NCBI GenBank assembly: GCA_964016885.1
Contig: OZ024743.1
Coordinates: 132,308,001 to 132,372,000, forward strand
Direction of reading: 5' to 3'
Length of the DNA: 64,000 bases
Source of the DNA: Eledone cirrhosa
Taxonomy: Eukaryota
Position 1 is the stretch's first letter, and each line of letters begins with the position of its first letter. Below the pieces are notes generated by a model, which was not told the origin of the DNA, ran no database searches, and saw nothing but the letters and a program-made list of their open reading frames with translations. Position numbers and translations under genes: made by a program. Positions 48,601 to 59,800 of the stretch are shown here, in pieces.

Positions 48601-51230
48601 TTGGTGCCTGGTGCTTGGTGTTTGGTGCTTTTTGTTTGGTGTTTGGTGCTTGGTCTTTGATGCTTGGGGTTTGGTGTTTGGTGCTTGGTGCTTGGTGTTT
48701 GATGCTTGGTGCTTGGTGCTTGGTGTTTGCTGTTTGGTGTTTGGTGTTTGGTGCTTGCTGTTTGGTGCTTGGTGCTTGGTGTTTGGTGCTTGGTGTTTGG
48801 TGCTTGGTGATTAGTGTTTGGTGATTGGTGCTTGGGGTTTGGTGTTTGGTGCTTGGTGTTTGGTGCTTGGGGCTTGCTGTTTGGTGTTTGGTGTTTGGTT
48901 CTTGGTGCTTGGTGTTTGGTGTCTGGTGTTTGGTGCTTGGTGCTTGGTGCTTGGTGTTTGGTGCTTGGTGCTTGGTGCTTGGTGTTTGGTGCTGCGTGCT
49001 TGGTGTTTGGCGTTTGGTGCTTGGTGCCTGGTGCTTGTTGTTTGGTGTTTGGTGCATAGTGCTTGGTGTTTGGTGCTTGGTGCTTGGTGCTTGGTGGCTG
49101 GTGTTTGGTGCTTGGTGTTTGGTGTTTTGTGCTTGGTGCTTGGTGCCTGGATTTTCGTGCTTGGTGCTTGGTGCTTGGTGTTTGGTGTTTGGTGCTTGGC
49201 GTTTGGTGTTTGGTACTTGGTGCTTGGTGCTTGGTGCTTGGTGTTTGGTGCTTGGTGCTTGGTGCTTGGTTTTTGATGCTGCGTGCTTGGTGTTTGGTGT
49301 TTGGTGCTTGGTGCTTGGTGTTTGGTGTTTGGTGCTTGGTGCCTGGGGCTTGTTGTTTGGGGTTTGGTGCTTGGTGCTTCGTGTATGGTGTTTGGTGCTT
49401 GGTGCTTGGTATCTGGTGTTTGGTGCTTGGTGTTTGGTGTTTGGTGCTTGGTGCTTGGTGCTTGGTGTTTGGTGTTTGGTGCTTGGTGCTTGGTGTTTGG
49501 TGCTTGGTGTTTGGTGTTTGGTGTTTGATGCTTGGTGTTTGCTGCTTGGTGCTTGGTGCTTGGTGTTTTGTGTTTGGTGCTTGGTGTTGGTGCCTGGTAC
49601 TTGGTGCTTGGTGCTTGTTGTTTGGTGCTTGGTGCTTGGTGACTAGTGTTTGGTGCTTGGTGCTTGCAGTTTGGTGTTTGGTGTGGGGTTTGGTGTTTGG
49701 TGCATGGTGCTTGGTGTTTTGTGTTTGGTGTTTGGTGCTTGGTGCTTGGTGTTTGGGTTTTGGTGCTTGGTGCTTGGTGTTTGGTGTTTGGTGCTTGGTG
49801 TTTGGTGTTTGGTGCTTGGTGTTTGGTGTTTGGTGCTTGGTGCTTGGTGTTTGGTGTTTGATGCTTGGTGTTTGATGCTTGTTGCTTGGTGCTTGGTGTT
49901 TTGTATTTGGTGTTTGGTGCTTGGTGTATGTACTTGGTGCTTGGTGCTTGGTGTTTGGTGCTTGGTCCTTGGTGTTTGGTGATTGGTGCTTGGTGCTTGG
50001 TGTTTGGTGCTTGGTGCTTGGTGTTTGGTACTTGGTGCTTGGTGTTTGGTGTTTGGTGCTTGGTGTTTGGTGCTTGGTGCTTGGTGCTTGGTGTTAAGTG
50101 TTTGGTGCTTGGTGCTTGGTGTTTGGTGCATGGTGCTTGGTGATTGGTGCTTGGTGCCTGGTGCTTGGTGTTTGGTGCTTGGTGTTTGGTGCATGGTGTT
50201 TGGTGCTTGGTGTTCGGTGCTTTGTGCTTGGTACTTGGTGCTTGGTGTTTGGTGCTTGGTGCTTGGTGCTTGGTGTTTGGCTTTTGCTCTTTGCTGTTTG
50301 GTGTTTGGTGTTTGGTGTTTGGTGTTTGGTGCTTGCTGTTTGGTGTTTGGTGCTTGGTGCTTGGTGCTGGGTGTTTGGTGCTTGGTGCTTGGTGCTTGGT
50401 GCTTGGTCTTTGGTGCTTGGGGTTTGGTGTTTGGGGCTTGGTGCTTGGTGTTTGGTGCTTGGTGCTTGGTGCTTGGTGCTTGGTGCTTGGTGCTTGCTGC
50501 TTGGTGCTTGGCGTTTGGTGCTTGGTGCTTGGTGATTATTTTTTGGTGATAGGTGCTTGGGGTTTGGTGTTTGGTGCTTGGTGTTTGGTGCTTGGTGCTT
50601 GCTGTTTGATGTTTGGTGTTTGGTTCTTGGTGCTTGGTGTTTGGTGTTTTGTGTTTGGTTCTTGGTGCTTGGTGCTTGGTGTTTGGTGTTTGGTGTTTGG
50701 TGTTTGGTGTTTGGAGCTTGCTGTTTGGTGCTTGGTGCTTGGTGTTTGGTGTTTTGTGTTTGGTGCTTGGTGCTTGGTGTTTGGTGCTTGGTGCTTGGTG
50801 CTGGGTGTTTGGTGCTTGGTGCTTGGTGCTTGGTGCTTGGTCTTTGGTGCTTGGGGTTTGGTGTTTGGTGCTTGGTGCTTGGTGTTTGGTGCTGGGTGCT
50901 TGGTGCTTGGTGCTTGGTGTCTGGTGCTTGCTGCTTGGTGCTTGGTGTTTGGTGCTTGGTGCTTGGTGATTAGTTTTTGGTGATAGGTGCTTGGTGCTTG
51001 GTGTTTGGTGCTTGGTGCTTGGTGCCTGGTGCTTGTTGTTTGGTGTTTGGTGCTTAGTGCTTGGTGTTTGGTGTTTGGTGCATGGTGCTTGGTGATTGGT
51101 GCTTGGTGCCTGGTGCTTGGTGTTTGGTGCTTGGTGTTTGGTGCATGGTGTTTGGTGCTTGGTGTTCGGTGCTTTGTGCTTGGTGCTTGGTGCTTGATGT
51201 TTGGTCCTTGGTGCTAGGTGTTTGGTGTTT
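39640..51230 (+). repeat. 5,796-bp tandem higher-order duplication
   Basis: ORF pairs 39770/45566, 40542/46338, 41661/47457, 42245/48041, 43850/49646 and 45191/50987 are all offset 5796. ACTAGT occurs at 43846 and 49642. The junction is near 45430. Confidence 0.92.
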
Positions 51231-54200
51231 TGTGCTTGGTGCTTGGTGCTTGGTGTTTGGTGCTTGGTGCTTGGTGCTTGGTGTTTGGCATTTGCTGTTT
51301 GCTGTTTGGTGTTTGGTGTTTGGTGTTTGGTGTTTGGTGCTTGCTGTTTGGTGCTTGGTGCTTGGTGTTTGGTGTTTTGTGTTTGGTGCTTGGTGCTTGG
51401 TGTTTGGTGCTTGGTGCTTGGTGCTGGGTGTTTGGTGCTTGGTGCTTGGTGCTTGGTGCTTGGTCTTTGGTGCTTGGTGTTTGATGCTGCGTGCTTGGTG
51501 TTTGGTGTTTGGTGCTTGGTGCTTGGTGTTTTGTGTTTGGTGCTTGGTGCCTGGGGCTTGTTGTTTGGGGTTTGGTGCTTGGTGCTTCGTGTATGGTGTT
51601 TGGTGCTTGGTGCTTGGTATCTGGTGTTTGGTGCTTGGTGTTTGGTGTTTGGTGCTTGGTGCTTGGTGCTTGGTGTTTGGTGTTTGGTGCTTGGTGCTTG
51701 GTGTTTGCTGCTTGGTGCTTGGTGCTTGGTGTTTTGTGTTTGGTGCTTGGTGTTGGTGCCTGGTACTTGGTGCTTGGTGCTTGTTGTTTGGTGCTTGGTG
51801 CTTGGTGATTAGTGTTTGGTGCTTGGTGCTTGCAGTTTGGTGTTTGGTGCTTGGGGTTTGGTATTTGGTGCATGGTGCTTGGTGTTTTGTGTTTGGTGTT
51901 TGGTGCTTGGTGCTTGGTGTTTGGGTTTTGGTGCTTGGTGCTTGGTGTTTGGTGTTTGGTGCTTGGTGTTTGGTGTTTGGTGCTTGGTGTTTGGTGTTTG
52001 GTGCTTGGTGCTTGGTGTTTGGTGTTTGATGCTTGGTGTTTGATGCTTGTTGCTTGGTGCTTGGTGTTTTGTATTTGGTGTTTGGTGCTTGGTGTATGTA
52101 CTTGGTGCTTGGTGCTTGGTGTTTGGTGCTTGGTCCTTGGTGTTTGGTGATTGGTGCTTGGTGCTTCGTGTTTGGTGCTTGGTGCTTGGTGTTTCGTACT
52201 TGGTGCTTGGTGTTTGGTGTTTGGTGCTTGGTGTTTGGTGCTTGGTGCTTGGTGCTTGGTGCTTGGTCTTTGGTGCTTGGGGTTTGGTGTTTGGTGCTTG
52301 GTGCTTGGTGTTTGGTGCTTGGTGCTTGGTGCTTGGTGCTTGGTGTTTGGTGCTTGCTGCTTGGTGCTTGGTGTTTGGTGCTTGGTGCTTGGTGATTATT
52401 TTTTGGTGATAGGTGCTTGGGGTTTGGTGTTTGGTGCTTGGTGTTTGGTGCTTGGTGCTTGCTGTTTGATGTTTGGTGTTTGGTTCTTGGTGCTTGGTGT
52501 TTGGTGTTTTGTGTTTGGTTCTTGGTGCTTGGTGCTTGGTGTTTGGTGTTTGGTGTTTGGTGTTTGGTGTTTGCTGTTTGGTGCTTGGTGCTTGGTGTTT
52601 GGTGTTTTGTGTTTGGTGCTTGGTGCTTGGTGTTTGGTGCTTGGAGCTTGGTGCTGGGTGTTTGGTGCTTGGTGCTTGGTGCTTGGTGCTTGGTCTTTGG
52701 TGCTTGGGGTTTGGTGTTTGGTGCTTGGTGCTTGGTGTTTGGTGCTTGGTGCTTGGTGCTTGGTGCTTGGTGTCTGGTGCTTGCTGCTTGGTGCTTGGTG
52801 TTTGGTGCTTGGTGCTTGGTGATTAGTTTTTGGTGATAGGTGCTTGGTGCTTGGTGCTTGGTGCTTGGTGCTTGGTGCCTGGTGCTTGTTGTTTGGTGTT
52901 TGGTGCTTAGTGCTTGGTGTTTGGTGTTTGGTGCATGGTGCTTGGTGATTGGTGCTTGGTGCCTGGTGCTTGGTGTTTGGTGCTTTTTGTTTGGTGTTTG
53001 GTGCTTGGTCTTTGATGCTTGGGGTTTGGTGTTTGGTGCTTGGTGCTTGGTGTTTGATGCTTGGTGCTTGGTGCTTGGTGTTTGCTGTTTGGTGTTTGGT
53101 GTTTGGTGCTTGCTGTTTGGTGCTTGGTGCTTGGTGTTTGGTGCTTGGTGTTTGGTGCTTGGTGATTAGTGTTTGGTGATTGGTGCTTGGGGTTTGGTGT
53201 TTGGTGCTTGGTGTTTGGTGCTTGGGGCTTGCTGTTTGGTGTTTGGTGTTTGGTTCTTGGTGCTTGGTGTTTGGTGTCTGGTGTTTGGTGCTTGGTGCTT
53301 GGTGCTTGGTGTTTGGTGCTTGGTGCTTGGTGCTTGGTGTTTGGTGCTGCGTGCTTGGTGTTTGGCGTTTGGTGCTTGGTGCCTGGTGCTTGTTGTTTGG
53401 TGTTTGGTGCATAGTGCTTGGTGTTTGGTGCTTGGTGCTTGGTGCTTGGTGGCTGGTGTTTGGTGCTTGGTGTTTGGTGTTTTGTGCTTGGTGCTTGGTG
53501 CCTGGATTTTCGTGCTTGGTGCTTGGTGCTTGGTGTTTGGTGTTTGGTGCTTGGCGTTTGGTGTTTGGTACTTGGTGCTTGGTGCTTGGTGCTTGGTGTT
53601 TGGTGCTTGGTGCTTGGTGCTTGGTTTTTGATGCTGCGTGCTTGGTGTTTGGTGTTTGGTGCTTGGTGCTTGGTGTTTGGTGTTTGGTGCTTGGTGCCTG
53701 GGGCTTGTTGTTTGGGGTTTGGTGCTTGGTGCTTCGTGTATGGTGTTTGGTGCTTGGTGCTTGGTATCTGGTGTTTGGTGCTTGGTGTTTGGTGTTTGGT
53801 GCTTGGTGCTTGGTGCTTGGTGTTTGGTGTTTGGTGCTTGGTGCTTGGTGTTTGGTGCTTGGTGTTTGGTGTTTGGTGTTTGATGCTTGGTGTTTGCTGC
53901 TTGGTGCTTGGTGCTTGGTGTTTTGTGTTTGGTGCTTGGTGTTGGTGCCTGGTACTTGGTGCTTGGTGCTTGTTGTTTGGTGCTTGGTGCTTGGTGACTA
54001 GTGTTTGGTGCTTGGTGCTTGCAGTTTGGTGTTTGGTGTGGGGTTTGGTGTTTGGTGCATGGTGCTTGGTGTTTTGTGTTTGGTGTTTGGTGCTTGGTGC
54101 TTGGTGTTTGGGTTTTGGTGCTTGGTGCTTGGTGTTTGGTGTTTGGTGCTTGGTGTTTGGTGTTTGGTGCTTGGTGTTTGGTGTTTGGTGCTTGGTGCTT

Positions 54201-55830
54201 GGTGTTTGGTGTTTGATGCTTGGTGTTTGATGCTTGTTGCTTGGTGCTTGGTGTTTTGTATTTGGTGTTTGGTGCTTGGTGTATGTACTTGGTGCTTGGT
54301 GCTTGGTGTTTGGTGCTTGGTCCTTGGTGTTTGGTGATTGGTGCTTGGTGCTTGGTGTTTGGTGCTTGGTGCTTGGTGTTTGGTACTTGGTGCTTGGTGT
54401 TTGGTGTTTGGTGCTTGGTGTTTGGTGCTTGGTGCTTGGTGCTTGGTGTTAAGTGTTTGGTGCTTGGTGCTTGGTGTTTGGTGCATGGTGCTTGGTGATT
54501 GGTGCTTGGTGCCTGGTGCTTGGTGTTTGGTGCTTGGTGTTTGGTGCATGGTGTTTGGTGCTTGGTGTTCGGTGCTTTGTGCTTGGTACTTGGTGCTTGG
54601 TGTTTGGTGCTTGGTGCTTGGTGCTTGGTGTTTGGCTTTTGCTCTTTGCTGTTTGGTGTTTGGTGTTTGGTGTTTGGTGTTTGGTGCTTGCTGTTTGGTG
54701 TTTGGTGCTTGGTGCTTGGTGCTGGGTGTTTGGTGCTTGGTGCTTGGTGCTTGGTGCTTGGTCTTTGGTGCTTGGGGTTTGGTGTTTGGGGCTTGGTGCT
54801 TGGTGTTTGGTGCTTGGTGCTTGGTGCTTGGTGCTTGGTGCTTGGTGCTTGCTGCTTGGTGCTTGGCGTTTGGTGCTTGGTGCTTGGTGATTATTTTTTG
54901 GTGATAGGTGCTTGGGGTTTGGTGTTTGGTGCTTGGTGTTTGGTGCTTGGTGCTTGCTGTTTGATGTTTGGTGTTTGGTTCTTGGTGCTTGGTGTTTGGT
55001 GTTTTGTGTTTGGTTCTTGGTGCTTGGTGCTTGGTGTTTGGTGTTTGGTGTTTGGTGTTTGGTGTTTGGAGCTTGCTGTTTGGTGCTTGGTGCTTGGTGT
55101 TTGGTGTTTTGTGTTTGGTGCTTGGTGCTTGGTGTTTGGTGCTTGGTGCTTGGTGCTGGGTGTTTGGTGCTTGGTGCTTGGTGCTTGGTGCTTGGTCTTT
55201 GGTGCTTGGGGTTTGGTGTTTGGTGCTTGGTGCTTGGTGTTTGGTGCTGGGTGCTTGGTGCTTGGTGCTTGGTGTCTGGTGCTTGCTGCTTGGTGCTTGG
55301 TGTTTGGTGCTTGGTGCTTGGTGATTAGTTTTTGGTGATAGGTGCTTGGTGCTTGGTGTTTGGTGCTTGGTGCTTGGTGCCTGGTGCTTGTTGTTTGGTG
55401 TTTGGTGCTTAGTGCTTGGTGTTTGGTGTTTGGTGCATGGTGCTTGGTGATTGGTGCTTGGTGCCTGGTGCTTGGTGTTTGGTGCTTGGTGTTTGGTGCA
55501 TGGTGTTTGGTGCTTGGTGTTCGGTGCTTTGTGCTTGGTGCTTGGTGCTTGATGTTTGGTCCTTGGTGCTAGGTGTTTGGTGTTTTGTGCTTGGTGCTTG
55601 GTGCTTGGTGTTTGGTGCTTGGTGCTTGGTGCTTGGTGTTTGGCATTTGCTGTTTGCTGTTTGGTGTTTGGTGTTTGGTGTTTGGTGTTTGGTGCTTGCT
55701 GTTTGGTGCTTGGTGCTTGGTGTTTGGTGTTTTGTGTTTGGTGCTTGGTGCTTGGTGTTTGGTGCTTGGTGCTTGGTGCTGGGTGTTTGGTGCTTGGTGC
55801 TTGGTGCTTGGTGCTTGGTCTTTGGTGCTT
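47120..55830 (+). repeat. 4,355-bp tandem higher-order duplication
   Basis: ORF pairs 47136/51491, 47457/51812, 48041/52396, 49646/54001 and 50987/55342 are all offset 4355. ACTAGT occurs at 49642 and 53997. The junction is near 51475. Confidence 0.92.
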
Positions 55831-56809
55831 GGGGTTTGGTGTTTGGTGCTTGGTGCTTGGTGTTTGGTGCTTGGTGCTTGGTGCTTGGTGCTTGGTGTTT
55901 GGTGCTTGCTGCTTGGTGCTTGGTGTTTGGTGCTTGGTGCTTGGTGATTAGTTTTTGGTGATAGGTGCTTGGTGCTTGGTGCTTGGTGCTTGGTGCTTGG
56001 TGCCTGGTGCTTGTTGTTTGGTGTTTGGTGCTTAGTGCTTGGTGTTTGGTGTTTGGTGCTTGGTGCTTGGTGGCTGGTCTTTGGTGCTTGGTGTTTGGTG
56101 TTTGGTGCTTGGTGCTTGGTGCCTGCTGTTTCGTGCTTGGTGCTTGGTGCTTGGTGTTTGGTGTTTGGTGCTTGGTGTTTGGTGCTTGGTACTTGGTGCT
56201 TGGTGCTTGGTGCTTGGTGTTTGGTGCTTGGTGCTTGGTGTTTGGTGTTTGGTGCTTGGTGCTTGGTATCTGGTGTTTGGTGCTTGGTATTTGGTGTTTG
56301 GTGCTTGGTGCTTGGTGCTTGGTGTTTGGTGTTTGGTTCCTGGTGCTTGGTGTTTGGTGCTTGGTGGTTGGTGTTTGGTCTTTGATGCTCGGTGTTTGCT
56401 GCTTGGTGCTTGGTGCCTGGTGTTTTGTGTTTGGTGCTTGGTGCTTGGTGCCTGGTGCTTGGTGCTTGGTGCTTGTTGTTTGGTGCTTGGTGCTTGGTGA
56501 TTAGTGTTTGGTGCTTGGTGCTTGCGGTTTGGTGTTTGGTGCTTGGGGTTTGGTGTTTGGTGCTTGGTGCTTGGTGTTTGGTGCTTGGTGCTTGGTGATT
56601 GATGTTTGGTGCTTGTTGCTTGGTGTTTGGTGCTTGGTGCTTGGTGTTTGGTGCTTGGTGTTTGGTGCTTGGTGCTTGGTGCTTGGTGTTTGGTGTTTGG
56701 TGCTTGCTGCTTGGTGCTTGGTGTTTGGTGCTTGGTGCTTGGTGATTAGTGTTTGGTGATTGGTGCTTGGGGTTTGGTGTTTGGTGCTTGGTGTTTGGTG
56801 CTTGGTGCT

Positions 56810-59800
56810 TGGTGTTTGATGTTGGTTCCTTGGTGCTTGTTCTTTGGTGCTTGGTGCTTCGTGTTTGGTGTTTGGTGCTTGGTGCCTGGGGCTTGTTGTT
56901 TGGGGTTTGGTGTTTGGTGCTTGGTGTTTGGTGTTTGGTGCTTGGTGCTTGGTGCTTGGTGTTTGGTGTTTGGTGCTTGGTGCTTGGTGTTTGGTGCTTG
57001 GTGTTTGGTGTTTGGTGTTTGATGCTTGGTGTTTGCTGCTTGGTGCTTGGTGCTTGGTGTTTTGTGTTTGGTGCTTGGTGTTGGTGCCTGGTACTTGGTG
57101 CTTGGTGCTTGTTGTTTGGTGCTTGGTGCTTGGTGATTAGTGTTTGGTGCTTGGTGCTTGCAGTTTGGTGTTTGGTGCTTGGGGTTTGGTGTTTGGTGCA
57201 TGGTGCTTGATGTTTTGTGTTTGGTGTTTGGTGCTTGGTGCTTGGTGTTTGGGTTTTGGTGCTTGGTGCTTGGTGTTTGGTGTTTGGTGCTTGGTGTTTG
57301 GTGTTTGGTGCTTGGTGTTTGGTGTTTGGTGCTTGGTGCTTGGTGTTTGGTGTTTGATGCTTGGTGTTTGATGCTTGTTGCTTGGTGCTTGGTGTTTTGT
57401 ATTTGGTGTTTGATGCTTGGTGTATGTACTTGGTGCTTGGTGCTTGGTGTTTGGTGCTTGGTCCTTGGTGTTTGGTGATTGGTGCTTGGTGCTTGGTGTT
57501 TGGTGCTTGGTGCTTGGTGTTTGGTACTTGGTGCTTGGTGTTTGGTGTTTGGTGCTTGGTGTTTGGGGCTTGGTGCTTGGTGCTTGGTGCTTGGTCTTTG
57601 GTGCTTGGGGTTTGGTGTTTGGTGCTTGGTGCTTGGTGTTTGGTGCTTGGTGCTTGGTGCTTGGTGCTTGGTGTTTGGTGCTTGCTGCTTGGTGCTTGGT
57701 GTTTGGTGCTTGGTGCTTGGTGATTATTTTTTGGTGATAGGTGCTTGGGGTTTGGTGTTTGGTGCTTGGTGTTTGGTGCTTGGTGCTTGCTGTTTGATGT
57801 TTGGTGTTTGGTTCTTGGTGCTTGGTGTTTGGTGTTTTGTGTTTGGTTCTTGGTGCTTGGTGCTTGCTGTTTGGTGTTTGGTGTTTGGTGTTTGGTGTTT
57901 GCTGTTTGGTGCTTGGTGCTTGGTGTTTGGTGTTTTTTGTTTGGTGCTTGGTGCTTGGTGTTTGGTGATTGGAGCTTGGTGCTGGGTGTTTGGTGCTTGG
58001 TGCTTGGTGCTTGGTGCTTGGTCTTTGGTGCTTGGGGTTTGGTGTTTGGTGCTTGGTGCTTGGTGTTTGGTGCTTGGTGCTTGGTGCTTGGTGCTTGGTG
58101 TCTGGTGCTTGCTGCTTGGTGCTTGGTGTTTGGTGCTTGGTGCTTGGTGATTAGTTTTTGGTGATAGGTGCTTGGTGCTTGGTGCTTGGTGCTTGGTGCT
58201 TGGTGCCTGGTGCTTGTTGTTTGGTGTTTGGTGCTTAGTGCTTGGTGTTTGGTGTTTGGTGCATGGTGCTTGGTGATTGGTGCTTGGTGCCTGGTGCTTG
58301 GTGTTTGGTGCTTGGTGTTTGGTGTTTGGTGCTTGGTCTTTGATGCTTGGGGTTTGGTGTTTGGTGCTTGGTGCTTGGTGTTTGATGCTTGGTGCTTGGT
58401 GCTTGGTGTTTGCTGTTTGGTGTTTGGTGTTTGGTGCTTGCTGTTCGGTGCTTGGTGCTTGGTGTTTGGTGCTTGGTGTTTGGTGCTTGGTGATTAGTGT
58501 TTGGTGATTGGTGCTTGGGGTTTGGTGTTTGGTGCTTGGTGTTTGGTGCTTGGGGCTTGCTGTTTGGTGTTTGGTGTTTGCTTCTTGGTGCTTGGTGTTT
58601 GGTGTCTGGTGTTTGGTGCTTGGTGCTTGGTGCTTGGTGTTTGGTGCTTGGTGCTTGGTGCTTGGTGTTTGGTGCTGCGTGCTTGGTGTTTGGCGTTTGG
58701 TGCTTGGTGCCTGGTGCTTGTTGTTTGGTGTTTGGTGCATAGTGCTTGGTGTTTGGTGTTTGGTGCTTGGTGCTTGGTGGCTGGTGTTTGGTGCTTGGTG
58801 TTTGGTGTTTTGTGCTTGGTGCTTGGTGCCTAGTGTTTCGTGCTTGGTGCTTGGTGCTTGGTGTTTGGTGTTTGGTGCTTGGCGTTTGGTGTTTGGTACT
58901 TGGTGCTTGGTGCTTGGTGCTTGGTGTTTGGTGCTTGGTGCTTGGTGCTTGGTGTTTGATGCTGCGTGCTTGGTGTTTGGTGTTTGGTGCTTGGTGCTTG
59001 GTGTTTTGTGTTTGGTGCTTGGTGCCTGGGGCTTGTTGTTTGGGGTTTGGTGCTTGGTGCTTCGTGTATGGTGTTTGGTGCTTGGTGCTTGGTATCTGGT
59101 GTTTGGTGCTTGGTGTTTGGTGTTTGGTGCTTGGTGCTTGGTGCTTGGTGTTTGGTGTTTGGTGCTTGGTGCTTGGTGTTTGCTGCTTGGTGCTTGGTGC
59201 TTGGTGTTTTGTGTTTGGTGCTTGGTGTTGGTGCCTGGTACTTGGTGCTTGGTGCTTGTTGTTTGGTGCTTGGTGCTTGGTGATTAGTGTTTGGTGCTTG
59301 GTGCTTGCAGTTTGGTGTTTGGTGCTTGGGGTTTGGTGTTTGGTGCATGGTGCTTGGTGTTTTGTGTTTGGTGTTTGGTGCTTGGTGCTTGGTGTTTGGG
59401 TTTTGGTGCTTGGTGCTTGGTGTTTGGTGTTTGGTGCTTGGTGTTTGGTGTTTGGTGCTTGGTGTTTGGTGTTTTGTGCTTGGTGCTTGGTGTTTGGTGT
59501 TTGATGCTTGGTGTTTGATGCTTGTTGCTTGGTGCTTGGTGTTTTGTATTTGGTGTTTGGTGCTTGGTGTATGTACTTGGTGCTTGGTGCTTGGTGTTTG
59601 GTGCTTGGTCCTTGGTGTTTGGTGATTGGTGCTTGGTGCTTCGTGTTTGGTGCTTGGTGCTTGGTGTTTCGTACTTGGTGCTTGGTGTTTGGTGTTTGGT
59701 GCTTGGTGTTTGGTGCTTGGTGCTTGGTGCTTGGTGCTTGGTCTTTGGTGCTTGGGGTTTGGTGTTTGGTGCTTGGTGCTTGGTGTTTGGTGCTTGGTGC